A stretch of 53,489 nt of DNA from Dehalococcoidia bacterium (GCA_030620975.1 JAUXIO010000003.1:1-53489); one strand, 5' to 3'; shown: positions 38,327-49,924, counted from the stretch's first letter. Numbers and translations are program-made. The notes: generated by a model from the sequence alone, not told the origin.

Positions 38327-39514
38327 TTGAAATATTGTGTTGTGATAATTGATGGTGCCTCTGGCTGGCCATTGAGCGAGCGCGGCGGTAAGACTTGCTT
38401 GGAGCTTGCCTACACTCCAAACCTTGATGTCATGGCGCAAGAAGGCGCTTTGGGACTCACCGTCACTGTACCAGCGGGGATGGAACCCAGCAGCGCCTGT
38501 GCCTGCATGTCGGTACTCGGTTATGACCCCAAACTTTACTACCGGGGGAGGAGTGCCATTGAGGCCAAGAGTATGGGTGTTACCATTGGTGCTGGTGAGG
38601 TGGTCTTTCGTTGTAATCTGGTTGCCATACGTGATGGAAAGATGTGGAGCTACAGCTCTGGTTACATTAGCAGCGGCGAAGCTCAAGTTCTTATTGCCGC
38701 CTTAGAGGGAAGCCTCGGCGGCGATAAAGTGCACTTTTATCCCGGCGTTAGCTATAGACACATATGCAAGATAAGGGGGCGGGAAGATACACTTTTGGCT
38801 ATTTGCACCCCTCCGCATAACATTCCAGACAAGCCCATCGCCGAGTTTCTCCCCAGTGGTCCGGGAAGTGAGCTGCTGCGGGACTTGATGGAGCGCTCAG
38901 AGGCTGTGCTTCGGGAACACCCGGTGAACATAAGTAGGAGGTCTCGTGGCGATATCCCGGCCACGATGATTTGGCTATTCTGGGGTAGCGGGAGGATACC
39001 TGACATGCCCGCCTTCAAGCGGGTTTACGGACTTGATGCCGCCATGACATCCGGGGTTGACCTTCTCAAAGGTTTGGCTCAAATGACGGGAATTAAGATG
39101 CTGGATATTCCAGGTGTGACCGATGGATTGGACAATGATTATGCCGCCCAGGTAGCCGGAGCCCTAAAAGCACTTGAGGAATGCGATTTAGTAGTTATTC
39201 ACGTTGAGTCACCAGACGAGGCTGGCCACGCCGGCTCCATTGATGATAAAGTAGAGGCCATTCAGAGAGTGGATAGAGAGATTGTGAGCCAAATCCGCTT
39301 TTGGGGCAAGGATGCCCTTCGGGCACTGATTATGCCCGACCACTCAACGCCGATCAAGATTCAGACCCATTCTCGGGACCCAGTTCCATTTATGCTCTGG
39401 GGACCCGGGTTTGCAGCCAGCAGGGCGAAAAGATTCACCGAGGCGGAAGCTAAAAGGACAGGAATTTTCATTGAAGAGGGGTATAATATTATGGGCAGAC
39501 TAATAAAAGTGTAG
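38327..39514 (+). CDS. apgM: Cofactor-independent phosphoglycerate mutase, ApgM type (proposed homoserine-kinase-related subfamily)
   Basis: IIDGA, TPNLD, GYDP..YY.GR..IEA, FRCNLV, HVESPDEAGH, PDHSTP, HSRDPVPF. Confidence 0.9.
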   Translation: MKYCVVIIDGASGWPLSERGGKTCLELAYTPNLDVMAQEGALGLTVTVPAGMEPSSACACMSVLGYDPKLYYRGRSAIEAKSMGVTIGAGEVVFRCNLVAIRDGKMWSYSSGYISSGEAQVLIAALEGSLGGDKVHFYPGVSYRHICKIRGREDTLLAICTPPHNIPDKPIAEFLPSGPGSELLRDLMERSEAVLREHPVNISRRSRGDIPATMIWLFWGSGRIPDMPAFKRVYGLDAAMTSGVDLLKGLAQMTGIKMLDIPGVTDGLDNDYAAQVAGALKALEECDLVVIHVESPDEAGHAGSIDDKVEAIQRVDREIVSQIRFWGKDALRALIMPDHSTPIKIQTHSRDPVPFMLWGPGFAASRAKRFTEAEAKRTGIFIEEGYNIMGRLIKV

Positions 39515-39563
39515 CCAAGATAATATATTATTAACTAAAGTAGGCATAGGCAGAGGGAAGGGT

Positions 39564-40787
39564 ATGGCACTAATAGTTCAAAAATATGGTGGTAGTTCGG
39601 TGGCTGATGCCGAGAGAATCAAAAATGTAGCTCGGCAGGTAGCTGAAACTAAGGAGAAGGGAAATCAGGTAGTGGTGGTTGTCTCGGCAATGGGTGATAC
39701 CACCGACGAGTTAATAAAGCTAGCCTGCCAGATTAGTGAGCAGCCGGGAGAGCGGGAGCTTGATGTTTTGCTTTCCACTGGCGAGGTAATTTCCAGTACC
39801 CTTTTGGCCATGGCTCTGGGGAGCTTGGGTTATAAAGCTATTAGCCTCAGTGGCGTTCAGGCTGGCATCTTCACTGATGCCAGCTACAGTCGGGCTCGGA
39901 TTCTTCACGTTGCTCCAAAACGCATCGTTGATGAGCTTGATAAAGGCAATATCGTTATCGTGGCTGGATTTCAGGGAGTAACCGAGGGCATGGATATCAC
40001 CACTTTAGGTCGAGGTGGCTCTGACACCACGGCAGTTGCCTTAGCTGCTAGTTTGGGAGCTCAAGTATGCCAAATTTATACCGATGTTGACGGGGTTTAC
40101 ACTGCTGACCCTCATTTGGTTAGCGAGGCATGTAAAATGAGAGAAATTGGCTATGAAGAAATGCTGGAGCTAGCCACTTATGGGGCGAAGGTAATACATC
40201 CCCGGGCGGTGGAATTAGGCGAGTTATATAATATACCTATTCTGGTGGCTTCCAGCTTTACCGATACGCCGGGCACTATTATTCATGGAGGGATTTCTAT
40301 GGAAGTGAGAAGCAAGGTACGAGGCATAGCCCATGACCTCGACGTGGCTAAAATTACTGTAGTTGGCGTCCCTGATCAACCGGGCATCGCTGCAGCTATA
40401 TTCGAGCCGCTGGCCAGAGCAAATATAAGCGTAGATTCCATCGTTCAGAATGCCAGCGTTAACAACATTACCGACCTGACCTTTACCGTTGCCCGAAGCG
40501 ACTTAGCCAAAGCATTATCTCTTATTGAACCTATGGCGAAGTCTATTGGAGCCAGGGAATGCCTCGGTGATTCCACGCTGGCAAAGGTTAGCATTGTGGG
40601 CACGGGGATGCAAAATACGCCAGGCTATGCGGCTAGGATGTTCCGCGCCCTCTACGAGCAAAAAATTAATATTCAGCTGATCACCACTTCAGAAATAAGG
40701 ATAACGTGTATTATTGCTGAAAGCAGAGTTGAGGATGCGGTTAGGGCGCTACACAGAGCTTTTGAGCTTGAAAAAGCTCAAGTTTGA
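39564..40787 (+). CDS. lysC: Aspartate kinase
   Basis: VQKYGGSSV, VVSAMGDTTD, TTLGRGGSDTTA, TDVDGVYTADP, two ACT domains. Confidence 0.96.
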   Translation: MALIVQKYGGSSVADAERIKNVARQVAETKEKGNQVVVVVSAMGDTTDELIKLACQISEQPGERELDVLLSTGEVISSTLLAMALGSLGYKAISLSGVQAGIFTDASYSRARILHVAPKRIVDELDKGNIVIVAGFQGVTEGMDITTLGRGGSDTTAVALAASLGAQVCQIYTDVDGVYTADPHLVSEACKMREIGYEEMLELATYGAKVIHPRAVELGELYNIPILVASSFTDTPGTIIHGGISMEVRSKVRGIAHDLDVAKITVVGVPDQPGIAAAIFEPLARANISVDSIVQNASVNNITDLTFTVARSDLAKALSLIEPMAKSIGARECLGDSTLAKVSIVGTGMQNTPGYAARMFRALYEQKINIQLITTSEIRITCIIAESRVEDAVRALHRAFELEKAQV

Positions 40788-40795
40788 TGAGGCGG

Positions 40796-41014
40796 TTAAA
40801 CGGCGATTATTTGCTTAATTTCTGGTATCTCTGCCTTTAATATGCGCTCGATACCGTTCTTTAAAGTGAGGGCAGCCATGGGACAACCAGCACAGGCGCC
40901 GCGAAGTCTTAGCTTAACTACACCTTCACTAACATCAATTAGCTCTACATCGCCGCCATCAGCCTGGAGGTTGGGGCGGATAGAATTTAAGACGGCCTCT
41001 ATCTTGTTCCGCAT
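40796..41014 (-). CDS. NifU/Nfu C-terminal domain Fe-S carrier
   Basis: IRPNLQADGGDVEL, GACAGCP, TLKNGIE. Confidence 0.93.
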   Translation of the reverse strand: MRNKIEAVLNSIRPNLQADGGDVELIDVSEGVVKLRLRGACAGCPMAALTLKNGIERILKAEIPEIKQIIAV

Positions 41015-41124
41015 AAGTATCTCTCTTCCGCTCTTAGCTTGTAATACTAATTAATACGCTAACACAGTTGGTTGGCCTCGTCAAATTGGTTTATACTTAA
41101 GTGTAAATGAGTTGTAGCGCTTGC

Positions 41125-41153
41125 TTGCATTGCCAAGATGCCTACTATAAAAT
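41125..41153 (+). promoter_or_regulatory. sigma70-type promoter for TPR-gyrA
   Basis: TTGCAT-17 bp-TAAAAT. A divergent TTGACG-17 bp-TAGCGT for the nifU-like gene lies in the same gap. Confidence 0.5.
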
Positions 41154-41199
41154 TGGGGCTCATTGATTATCATTTTAAATTAATGTAACTTTTGGAAAA

Positions 41200-42021
41200 A
41201 TGTCTTATCAAGAAGGAGAAGCTCGGTTAAGGCGGCGGCTAAGCCGCGAGGCGATTATTCTGGCAAAGCAAGGTCGCTGGGAAGAAGCAGAAGCAGTTAA
41301 CAGGAGTATAATTGAAAGCTTCCCTGCCGACGTTGATGCCTATAATCGCCTCGGTAAGGCCCTGTTAGAGTTGGGTAAGTTTGCCCAAGCCAGGGAAGCT
41401 TACAGCCAAGCTTTAGAACTCTCCCCCAATAACGCCATTGCTCAAAAAAATCTGGCTCGATTATCCTCTTTAACAGAACCCGACGCAGCTCCCAAAGGCG
41501 AGCGGCATAAAGTCATTCCCGAACTTTTTGTTGGCGAGATGGGGAAAGCTGGGATAGTTAATCTTTTTGATTTAGCTCCAAAGGAAGTGTTAGCTAAGGT
41601 GAGCGCTGGCAATCAAGTACATTTGAAGGTTAGCGGACAGTATCTAATTGTAGAAAACGGCCGGGGAGAATATTTAGGGAAGGTTGAACCGAAGCACGGG
41701 CTTCGTCTTGTTAAACTGATGGAAGGTGGCAATGAGTATATTGCGGGTATAGTTAGCGCTGAAGAGGACAAAGTAAAGGTCGTAATTAAGGAAATGTTCC
41801 AGCACCCAAGTCAGACCGGGCAACTATCCTTCCCCGTTAAAACCACAAAGGGCTCTCGCCCCTATGTTAGAGATAATCTTCTTAGGCGGGGAGTTGTTGA
41901 AGAGGAAAGCTGGGAGGAGGTTGAGTATCCTGAAAGGGAAGAGGAAGCTGAACTTTTACCTGAAGGCTTTTCCATTGTCGAAGAGGCTATTTTGCCAGAG
42001 GAGGAATTAACCGAGAAGTAA
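41200..42021 (+). CDS. Tetratricopeptide-repeat protein with beta-rich middle domain and acidic tail
   Basis: [35 protein letters not shown]; Glu-rich C-terminus; TAATG overlap with gyrA. Confidence 0.85.
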   Translation: MSYQEGEARLRRRLSREAIILAKQGRWEEAEAVNRSIIESFPADVDAYNRLGKALLELGKFAQAREAYSQALELSPNNAIAQKNLARLSSLTEPDAAPKGERHKVIPELFVGEMGKAGIVNLFDLAPKEVLAKVSAGNQVHLKVSGQYLIVENGRGEYLGKVEPKHGLRLVKLMEGGNEYIAGIVSAEEDKVKVVIKEMFQHPSQTGQLSFPVKTTKGSRPYVRDNLLRRGVVEEESWEEVEYPEREEEAELLPEGFSIVEEAILPEEELTEK

Positions 42022-44480
42022 TGGAAATTGGGTTAGTTAAGCCGGTTGCCATTGAAGACGAAATGAGAAGCTCATACCTTGATTATGCTATGAGCGTTAT
42101 CGTTTCTCGGGCATTACCCGATGTGCGTGATGGGCTGAAACCGGTACAGCGGCGCATTCTCTATGCTATGGATGGTTTGGGGCTTCGTCATGCCAGCGCT
42201 CATAAAAAGAGTGCCCGCATTGTTGGTGAGGTACTTGGCAAGTACCACCCTCACGGAGATGCTTCAATATATAGTGCTATGGTGCGGATGGCACAAGATT
42301 TTTCCATGAGACATGTTCTTGTTGATGGGCAAGGTAATTTCGGCAGCCTGGATAATGACCCGCCAGCAGCTATGCGTTACACTGAGGTACGGCTAGCTGG
42401 GATTGCTGAGGAGATGCTGGTTGATATTGATAAGGATACCGTAGATTTCACTTCCAATTTTGATGATAGCCTTAAAGAGCCTTCAGTCCTGCCAGCCAGG
42501 CTGCCCAACTTGTTAGTTAATGGTTCAGTGGGCATTGCTGTTGGTATGGCTACCAATATCCCCCCCCATAATCTTGGGGAGGTTTGCAATGCTATAGTTC
42601 ATCTCATTGAAAATCCTGAAGCTACTGCAGAGGAGCTCACGCAGTTTGTTAAAGGTCCGGATTCTCCCACCGGCGGCATATGTTTGGGTGGGGAAGCCAT
42701 TAGGGATGCCTATATTACGGGGAGGGGTAAAATTGTAACCCGGGCTAAGATTAGCGAGGAGGGTGCAGAGGGAGGGCGGTACCAAATAATTGTTACTGAG
42801 CTTCCTTATCAAACCAATAAGGCGGCTCTAGTGGAGAAGATAGCTGAGTTAGCTAAGGAAAGGAACATAGAGGGGATAAGCGAGGTGCGTGATGAATCGG
42901 ATCGCCAGGGCGTACGCATCGTTATTGAATTGAGGAGGGGGGCTCAACCTAAGCGGATATGTAATAACCTTTATAAGTATACCCCGATGCAATCTGCTTT
43001 CTTTATCAACATGGTGGCGTTAGTCGATGGGCAGCCCAAACTAATTAACTTAAGGGAAGCTCTAAATTGCTATATCGATTTTCGTTGTGGAGTAATTAGC
43101 CGGCGCTCTCAATTTGAACTCCAGAAGGCGAAGAGTAGAGCTCATATTCTGGAAGGTTTTAGAATTGCCCTTGATCATCTAACTGAGGTGATTAATACCA
43201 TCCGACATTCGGAGACTGTTGAATCAGCCCGAGACAAATTAATGGGAGATTTTGGTCTATCTCAGGTGCAGGTGCAATCCATTCTAGATATGCAGCTTCG
43301 CCGTTTGGCTCGCCTGGAGCGGAAGAAAGTAGTTGATGAATATGCTGAAGTGGTGAGAACTATTGCCTATTTGGAAGATCTTTTAGCTAATCCGAGGAAG
43401 ATACTTTTCCTTGTCAAGGAAGATGTTCAGCAGCTAAAGTCTAAATATGGTAACCCACGGCGCACTTTGATTAGCGAAGCAGAAGCTGTGGAATTCCGTG
43501 AAGAGGACCTTATTACTCATGAGAACGTAGTAGTTACCCTGAGTAAACAGGGCTACATAAAGAGAATACCGACCAAGACTTATCGACTGCAACATCGCGG
43601 CGGCAAGGGCATTATAGGGATGGCGACGCGTGAAGCCGATGTGGTAGAACGCCTTTTAGTAGCTGATACTCATGATATCCTGCTTCTCTTCACTAATAGG
43701 GGCAAGGTTTTTAAGCTCAAATGCTATGATATTCCCCAAGATTTATCCCGAACGAGTAAAGGGGTGGCTTTAGCTAATTTATTGGCCATGGACTCAGGGG
43801 AGCGGGTAACCGCTTTGGTGGGGCTAGAAAGCTTAGTGAGTCCAGAAGTATTTTTATTGATGGTTACTTCTAGAGGAAGGGTAAAGAAGACCAGCCTTAG
43901 TAAATTTAGCTCAGTTCGGCGCTGCGGGCTTATTGCTGTGAAGCTCGGTAGCAAAGAGGAGCTGGTGACAGCTTGTAAGGTGATGGATACAGACGAAGTT
44001 ATGTTAGTAAGCCAAAGGGGACAAGCCGTTAAATTTCTCGTTAAGCCCCTGCGGGTTGCTTCTCGAACTAGTGGTGGCGTGCGGGGCATTCGGCTTAGTG
44101 CCGATGACCGAGTAGTGGAAATGGGGGTTATTTTCCCCAATGCTCAGCTTCTCACGGTTACCGAGATGGGCTTTGGCAAGCGCACTCGGGAACGCAACTA
44201 TCCCCTTCAGGCACGGGGTGGTAAGGGGGTGCGTGCTCATAAAATAGCTGAAAAAACAGGTAATGTTGTTGCTGCTAAATTGATTCCTCCCTCTCAGCAG
44301 CTTATGATTATTTCAAGCGAAGGCATTATTGTCCGCATTCCCATTGATGAAGAAATTCCTCTACACGGCAGAGCTACCCAAGGAGTTCACTTGAAAAAAC
44401 TTGACCCTGGTGATAGGGTGGCTGCCGTTGCCTTTCTCCTTCAAGAGGGCGTTGAAGAGCCTCAAAAGGCAGGAAAATAA
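42021..44480 (+). CDS. gyrA: DNA gyrase subunit A
   Basis: [30 protein letters not shown] catalytic Tyr, GyrA-box QHRGGKG, pinwheel repeats. Confidence 0.97.
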   Translation: MEIGLVKPVAIEDEMRSSYLDYAMSVIVSRALPDVRDGLKPVQRRILYAMDGLGLRHASAHKKSARIVGEVLGKYHPHGDASIYSAMVRMAQDFSMRHVLVDGQGNFGSLDNDPPAAMRYTEVRLAGIAEEMLVDIDKDTVDFTSNFDDSLKEPSVLPARLPNLLVNGSVGIAVGMATNIPPHNLGEVCNAIVHLIENPEATAEELTQFVKGPDSPTGGICLGGEAIRDAYITGRGKIVTRAKISEEGAEGGRYQIIVTELPYQTNKAALVEKIAELAKERNIEGISEVRDESDRQGVRIVIELRRGAQPKRICNNLYKYTPMQSAFFINMVALVDGQPKLINLREALNCYIDFRCGVISRRSQFELQKAKSRAHILEGFRIALDHLTEVINTIRHSETVESARDKLMGDFGLSQVQVQSILDMQLRRLARLERKKVVDEYAEVVRTIAYLEDLLANPRKILFLVKEDVQQLKSKYGNPRRTLISEAEAVEFREEDLITHENVVVTLSKQGYIKRIPTKTYRLQHRGGKGIIGMATREADVVERLLVADTHDILLLFTNRGKVFKLKCYDIPQDLSRTSKGVALANLLAMDSGERVTALVGLESLVSPEVFLLMVTSRGRVKKTSLSKFSSVRRCGLIAVKLGSKEELVTACKVMDTDEVMLVSQRGQAVKFLVKPLRVASRTSGGVRGIRLSADDRVVEMGVIFPNAQLLTVTEMGFGKRTRERNYPLQARGGKGVRAHKIAEKTGNVVAAKLIPPSQQLMIISSEGIIVRIPIDEEIPLHGRATQGVHLKKLDPGDRVAAVAFLLQEGVEEPQKAGK

Positions 44481-44486
44481 ATAGCT

Positions 44487-46319
44487 TTAGTTATTAGTTG
44501 GGGGTTTGGTAGCAGTTGCCTTAAATTTTTGTTGGCAGCTTGGTTGCCAATGTTGAAGTCCACAGGCGTTACATGGTCCGTGTCGGCAGTCCGGGGTTTC
44601 TTTATCTTGCCAAATACGCTCGTATTCTTTTTTAAGGAAGCTGGAACTTATGCCGGTATTAATATGTTCCCAAGGCAATAGCTCATCTAGGGAGCGTTGT
44701 CGATGGGCATAAAAAGCGGGATCAACCCCATTCTCTTGAAAGGCAACAAGCCAGTCATGATAGTTGAAATGCTCATGCCAAGCGTCAAATTTACAACCTA
44801 ATTGCCAAGCATAGTAGATGACCTTACTCAGCCGTCGGTCACCTCTGGATAGGCAGGCTTCAAGTTGGCTGGCATTGGGGTCGCGCCAAGATAATCCAAT
44901 TCTAGCTCGGCGCAATCCTTGTTTAAGTAGTTCAAGCTTGGGAAGGAGTTGTTCTTTTTCCTCTTGACCTAGCCATTGGTAGGGAGTATGGGGCTTGGGA
45001 ATGAGAGTTGATACGCTGACTCTAAGCTGAGGTTGCCTGCCTCCAGGTTTGCCCCTTAAATGGCTTATTTTGTGTACTAAGTCAATGATGCCCTGTATAT
45101 CCTCGATAGTCTCAGTAGGTAGCCCAATCATGAAATATAGCTTAAGGTTCCAACCTTTATTAAAGGCAGCAGCAATTGTATTTAACATCACCTCTTCGGG
45201 GATGGCTTTGTTAATAATGCGGCGTAGTCTTTCTGTCCCAGCTTCGGGAGCAAAGGTGAGGTTGATTTTGCGCCGTAATGGTAGTGAGTCCATTAGCTTT
45301 GATGATATATCAAGGCGCAAACTGGGCAGAGACAGAGTTAAGTTGTCTCTGTGGTATTGCCGTGATAGTTCAGTAATTAGTTGATCGGCGTTGCTATAGT
45401 CTCCACTGCTCAGAGAAACAAGAGATATCTCTTTATAACCGCAGTACTTTATTATCTCGCCCACGGCGTTGATTATCTCTTCTTGAGGACGCTCACGTAC
45501 CGGTCGGTAAATTATCCCCGCTTGGCAAAAACGGCAACCTCGACTACAGCCGCGTTGAATTTCTATGGCGGCGCGGTCGTGGATAACCTGAATATAGGGA
45601 ACAACTGGCCTGGTGACCGGGGGCGGCAGTTTGGTTACCACTCGCCGCTCCACAGTTGGCTTAGCCTCGGGTGCTACAGGCATGAAACTAGTTACAGTGC
45701 CATCCTTTTTGTAGTTAACTTGATATAGGCTGGGGACATAGATGCCGCGGAGGCAAGCTGCCTTTCGTAATAGTTCTCGCTTGCTACCTCTGTAGGCTCG
45801 GAAGCTCTCTAACAGTTCAAGTATTACTTCTTCGCCTTCACCAATAACAAATAGATCTATAAATTCGGCCATTGGCTCGGGATTGAGTGCACAACTACCC
45901 CCGGCTATTATTAACGGATAGGAATTATCCCTTTGCGAGCTCAAAGGTGAAATCTGAGCTAGATCGAGCATATTGAGTACGTTGGTGTAGGTTAGTTCGT
46001 GACCTAAGGAAAAGCCGATAACATCGAAATCCTTTAGAGGGCGCCTAGACTCTAGGCTAAATAAGGGAGTGTTGTGGAGGCGCATGGCTGCTTCCATATC
46101 TACCCATGGAGCGTAGACCCTTTCAGCGAGGGCATCAGGTTGGCTGTTAATTATTTCATAAAGGATGGGCAGAGCTAGATTCGACATACCGATTTCGTAA
46201 GTATCGGGGTAGGCTAGCACGATTCGGATTGGGGTCGTTTCCCAATTCTTAGCAGTGCTATTCCACTCACCCCCGCTATAACGCCCGGGTTTGGAAACTT
46301 GATAAAGCATATTACTCAA
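44487..46319 (-). CDS. TIGR03960-type B12-binding-like radical SAM protein
   Basis: KPGRYSGGE, YPDTYEIGMSNL, NPEP, RGCSRGCRFCQAG, TFAPEAGT, YFMIGLPTE, C-terminal C..C..CG. Confidence 0.9.
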   Translation of the reverse strand: MSNMLYQVSKPGRYSGGEWNSTAKNWETTPIRIVLAYPDTYEIGMSNLALPILYEIINSQPDALAERVYAPWVDMEAAMRLHNTPLFSLESRRPLKDFDVIGFSLGHELTYTNVLNMLDLAQISPLSSQRDNSYPLIIAGGSCALNPEPMAEFIDLFVIGEGEEVILELLESFRAYRGSKRELLRKAACLRGIYVPSLYQVNYKKDGTVTSFMPVAPEAKPTVERRVVTKLPPPVTRPVVPYIQVIHDRAAIEIQRGCSRGCRFCQAGIIYRPVRERPQEEIINAVGEIIKYCGYKEISLVSLSSGDYSNADQLITELSRQYHRDNLTLSLPSLRLDISSKLMDSLPLRRKINLTFAPEAGTERLRRIINKAIPEEVMLNTIAAAFNKGWNLKLYFMIGLPTETIEDIQGIIDLVHKISHLRGKPGGRQPQLRVSVSTLIPKPHTPYQWLGQEEKEQLLPKLELLKQGLRRARIGLSWRDPNASQLEACLSRGDRRLSKVIYYAWQLGCKFDAWHEHFNYHDWLVAFQENGVDPAFYAHRQRSLDELLPWEHINTGISSSFLKKEYERIWQDKETPDCRHGPCNACGLQHWQPSCQQKFKATATKPPTNN

Positions 46320-46398
46320 GAAGTTATCTTGTGCCTAGATTGACTATTATAGTTTCTAGCTCGACCTTCTTCAACTGTAATCGATTGATGCTAGATTG

Positions 46399-46428
46399 TT
46401 GACATCATCCATATAATCGTGCTAAATT
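46399..46428 (+). promoter_or_regulatory. sigma70-type promoter of the str/S10 operon
   Basis: TTGACA-18 bp-TAAATT with TGn extension. Confidence 0.55.
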
Positions 46429-46476
46429 ATAAATTTGGCATTGATTGGCCACTAAAATAGGCTGAGAACTCCGAGG

Positions 46477-46543
46477 AAACCGGCTGGTTGAAGTCGGGAG
46501 GAACTCTATGGGAAGTAGATCGGCATACAACTGGCGGGTTTTT
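46477..46543 (+). promoter_or_regulatory. Candidate structured RNA leader of rpsL
   Basis: 46477-46490 pairs with 46528-46541 (13 of 14 pairs, counting G-U), with inner stems and a trailing U run. Confidence 0.45.
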
Positions 46544-46565
46544 AATTATTGGGGAGGAATTAAGA

Positions 46566-47003
46566 ATGCCCACAATTAATCAGCTTGTTCGTAAAGGGCG
46601 GCGGAAGCTTACTAGGCGGGTGAAGGCGCCGGCATTGCATTTTAGCTATAATGCCTTGCAAAATAAGACTGAGTGGAATAGGGGCTCGTCACAAAAGCGC
46701 GGGGTTTGTATTCAGGTAAAAACTATGACTCCGAAGAAACCCAATTCCGCTCTACGTAAAGTTGCTCGGGTGCGGTTGACCAATGGCATCGAGGTAACTG
46801 CTTATATTCCCGGAGAAGGGCATAATTTGCAGGAGCATTCGGTAGTTTTAATTCGCGGAGGGAGAGTGAAAGATTTACCCGGAGTTCGTTATCATATTGT
46901 TCGCGGCGTTTTGGATGCTGAGGGAGTAGCTGAGCGCCAGCAGGGGCGCAGTAAATACGGGACAAAGCAAGCCAAGAAGTCCTCGCGTGTTGAGGGAGAT
47001 TGA
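46566..47003 (+). CDS. rpsL: 30S ribosomal protein S12
   Basis: [35 protein letters not shown]; GGAGG upstream of ATG 46566. Confidence 0.98.
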   Translation: MPTINQLVRKGRRKLTRRVKAPALHFSYNALQNKTEWNRGSSQKRGVCIQVKTMTPKKPNSALRKVARVRLTNGIEVTAYIPGEGHNLQEHSVVLIRGGRVKDLPGVRYHIVRGVLDAEGVAERQQGRSKYGTKQAKKSSRVEGD

Positions 47004-47474
47004 ATGCCAAGGCGCGGTAAAGTAATAAGAAGAGAAGTACGTCCTGACGCCAAGTATGGAAGTGTCACTGTAGCTCGGTTTGTTAGTAGGGTGATGATGC
47101 AAGGTAGGAAAGCTACGGCTGAGCAAATCGTGTATGGTGCCTTGCAGCTCGTTAGCCAACAGCTTAATCAAGGCCCTGTGGAAGTTATGGAGCAGGTAAT
47201 TAAAAATGTTACACCGTCGCTTGAGGTTAAACCACGCCGTGTTGGTGGCGCTACTTATCAGGTGCCAGTGGAGGTTCAGCCCAGGCGGGGGCTTTCTCTA
47301 GCTATACGCTGGCTTGTTCGATCGGCTCGAGCTAGACCCGGCAAATCTGCGGTGGATAAGCTGGCCGCTGAGATTATTGATGCTGCTCAAGGTCGAGGGG
47401 CAACTGTCAAAAAGTGTGAGGATACTCGCAGAATGGCTGAAGCTAATAAAGCTTTTGCTCATTATCGATGGTAA
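47004..47474 (+). CDS. rpsG: 30S ribosomal protein S7
   Basis: [29 protein letters not shown]. Confidence 0.98.
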   Translation: MPRRGKVIRREVRPDAKYGSVTVARFVSRVMMQGRKATAEQIVYGALQLVSQQLNQGPVEVMEQVIKNVTPSLEVKPRRVGGATYQVPVEVQPRRGLSLAIRWLVRSARARPGKSAVDKLAAEIIDAAQGRGATVKKCEDTRRMAEANKAFAHYRW

Positions 47475-47512
47475 TGAGTTCTCAGGCGACTCAGTTAAAG
47501 ATAGGTTTTGGA

Positions 47513-49600
47513 ATGAGAAATAGCTTTGTGTTGAGAGATTTTCCTTTAGAGCGAGTACGGAATATAGGGATTATCGCTCACATAGATGCGGGGAAGACTA
47601 CCGCCACTGAAAGAATCCTGTATTACGTTGGGCGTACCTACAAGGTTGGCGATGTCGATGAGGGAACGACAGTGATGGATTGGATGCAGCAGGAGCGAGA
47701 GCGTGGCATCACGATTACTGCGGCAGCTACTACTTGTTACTGGCGCGAACATCGCATCAATATTATTGATACACCGGGGCACGTGGATTTCACTGCCGAA
47801 GTTGAACGTTGTCTCCGGGTATTGGATGGGGGAGTAGTAGTCTTGGATGCCGTGGCTGGTGTTGAGTCTCAATCGGAGACGGTGTGGCGGCAAGCAGACA
47901 GATATGGGGTTCCCAGGATTTGTTTTGTTAATAAAATGGACAGGGCTGGAGCCGATTTTCAGCGCACTGTAACTATGATTGAGGAACGGTTGCAGGCGAA
48001 AACCTTAATGATACAGCTACCTTTGTTTACAGAAGATCTTTTCCAAGGAACTATTGACCTTGTGGAAAACAAGGCTTTATTTTTTTCTGGGGAGCCCAAT
48101 ACACCGCCAATGGAGGCAGCCATCCCGGAGAGCCAGAGTTCGTCGGTAGCTAAACATCGCCAGGCACTCATTGAAAAGCTAGCTGAGAACGATGATCAGC
48201 TTATGTTGGCTTACCTTGAAGGAGGGGACATTACTTCTTCTCAGCTCAAGGCAGCTATAAGAAAACTAACTCTAGCTAATCGGATGGTACCTATTCTTTG
48301 TGGTAGTGCCCTGAGAAATAGGGGAATCCAGCCTTTAATTGAGGCCATTGTTGGTTATTTACCATCCCCTTTAGACAGACCCCCGGTTCGCGCTATTGCC
48401 CCTGAAACTGGGGTGGAGGTCTTTCGTCAACCAAGCGATGAGGCACCTTTTTCCGCCTTAGCCTTCAAGGCAGTTTCCGACCCATTTATGGGTAAATTAG
48501 TTTATCTTCGGGTCTATTCAGGTAGGGTGAAGACGGGGGGGCAAGTCTTCAACGCCACTCGCGGAGTAAAGGAACGCGTGGGAAGGTTATTTCTTATGCA
48601 TGCTAATCGCCGTGAGGAGGTTAAACAAGCAGATACTGGAAGCATCGTGGCTACCTTGGGCTTCAAGAGAACCCTTACCGGGGACACTTTGTGCGATTTA
48701 AGTGACCCCGTGCTTCTTGAATCAATTCGCTTTCCTGAGCCGGTACTTTCAGTAGCTGTTGAACCCAGGGACGAAGCCGACCAGGATAAATTGATTGATG
48801 TGCTAGCTAAACTGATCGAGGAAGATCCGACCATCAGCATCCGCCATGATCAGGAGACGGGACAAACTATTATTTCAGGAATGGGCGAGTTGCATCTTGA
48901 GATTTTAAGGGAGCGTACACTCCGTGAGTTTGGGGTGAAGGTGAAGGCCGGTAAGCCTCAAGTAGCTTATAGAGAGACAATCGCCGTCCCCGTAGAGGTT
49001 GAGGGAAGGTTTATTCGTCAGTTTGGAGGTCGGGGGCAATACGGTCATGTGTGGCTTAGGCTTGAACCTGGCGAGCGTGGTAGTGGCTTTAAGTTTTTCG
49101 ATCGGGTTCAGGGTGGAGCTATACCGAAAGAGTATATTCCGGCTGTAGAAGTGGGAATCAAGGAAGCTTTGGAAAGTGGGGTAGTGGCCGGCTATCCAGT
49201 AGTGGATATCAAAGCAACCTTATATGGTGGCAGCTTTCATGAGGTTGACTCGTCAGAAGTGGCTTTTAAGATGGCGGGGTCAATAGCTTTAAAGAATGGG
49301 CTTAGCAAAGCCAAGCCCATTCTTCTTGAGCCCATCATGAAGTTGGAGGCAGTGACACCAGCACCATTTTTAGGTGATATTATTGGTGATTTAAATTCAC
49401 GAAGGGGACGCATTGGTGGCATTGAGACGCGTGCTGACACTTGTATTGTGAGCGCTTTCGTTCCCTTGTCCGAGAGCTTCGGCTATGCCACTAACCTAAG
49501 ATCGCTAAGTCAGGGCAGGGCAACGCATTCTATGGAATTTTATTGTTATGAAGAAGTAGGTCCCGATTTGGCCAAGCAAATTGCGGCTGGGAGTAAGTAG
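47513..49600 (+). CDS. fusA: Elongation factor G (start uncertain: 47513 or 47531)
   Basis: [47 protein letters not shown]. Confidence 0.97.
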   Translation: MRNSFVLRDFPLERVRNIGIIAHIDAGKTTATERILYYVGRTYKVGDVDEGTTVMDWMQQERERGITITAAATTCYWREHRINIIDTPGHVDFTAEVERCLRVLDGGVVVLDAVAGVESQSETVWRQADRYGVPRICFVNKMDRAGADFQRTVTMIEERLQAKTLMIQLPLFTEDLFQGTIDLVENKALFFSGEPNTPPMEAAIPESQSSSVAKHRQALIEKLAENDDQLMLAYLEGGDITSSQLKAAIRKLTLANRMVPILCGSALRNRGIQPLIEAIVGYLPSPLDRPPVRAIAPETGVEVFRQPSDEAPFSALAFKAVSDPFMGKLVYLRVYSGRVKTGGQVFNATRGVKERVGRLFLMHANRREEVKQADTGSIVATLGFKRTLTGDTLCDLSDPVLLESIRFPEPVLSVAVEPRDEADQDKLIDVLAKLIEEDPTISIRHDQETGQTIISGMGELHLEILRERTLREFGVKVKAGKPQVAYRETIAVPVEVEGRFIRQFGGRGQYGHVWLRLEPGERGSGFKFFDRVQGGAIPKEYIPAVEVGIKEALESGVVAGYPVVDIKATLYGGSFHEVDSSEVAFKMAGSIALKNGLSKAKPILLEPIMKLEAVTPAPFLGDIIGDLNSRRGRIGGIETRADTCIVSAFVPLSESFGYATNLRSLSQGRATHSMEFYCYEEVGPDLAKQIAAGSK

Positions 49601-49608
49601 AAGTAAAT

Positions 49609-49917
49609 ATGCCTGAGCAAAAGATTCGCATTAAAATTAAAGGGTTTGATCACAGGTTGGTTGACCAGTCAGCGAAGCAAATTGTGGAGACGGCGGAACG
49701 AACCGGGGCCTTGATCGCCGGTCCAGTGCCTTTGCCTACGCGAATTCAGAAATTTTGTGTCATCCGCTCTCCCTTCATTGATAAAGACTCTAGGGAGCAG
49801 TTTGAAATTCGCACCCACAAGCGACTCATTGATATTTTAAAACCAACTTCTAAAACTATAGATGCTTTGACTCAACTTAATTTACCTTCGGGCGTAGAAA
49901 TAAATATTAAGTTATAG
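49609..49917 (+). CDS. rpsJ: 30S ribosomal protein S10
   Basis: [30 protein letters not shown]. Confidence 0.98.
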   Translation: MPEQKIRIKIKGFDHRLVDQSAKQIVETAERTGALIAGPVPLPTRIQKFCVIRSPFIDKDSREQFEIRTHKRLIDILKPTSKTIDALTQLNLPSGVEINIKL

Positions 49918-49924
49918 CAGAAAT

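Noticed and set aside
46488-46565. N-terminal extension of S12 in the ORF track (similar extensions for EF-G, L4 and AcsD)
   Set aside because: Downstream starts match the family N-termini, and for S12 and AcsD they have clear Shine-Dalgarno sites. The S12 extension covers the structured leader.
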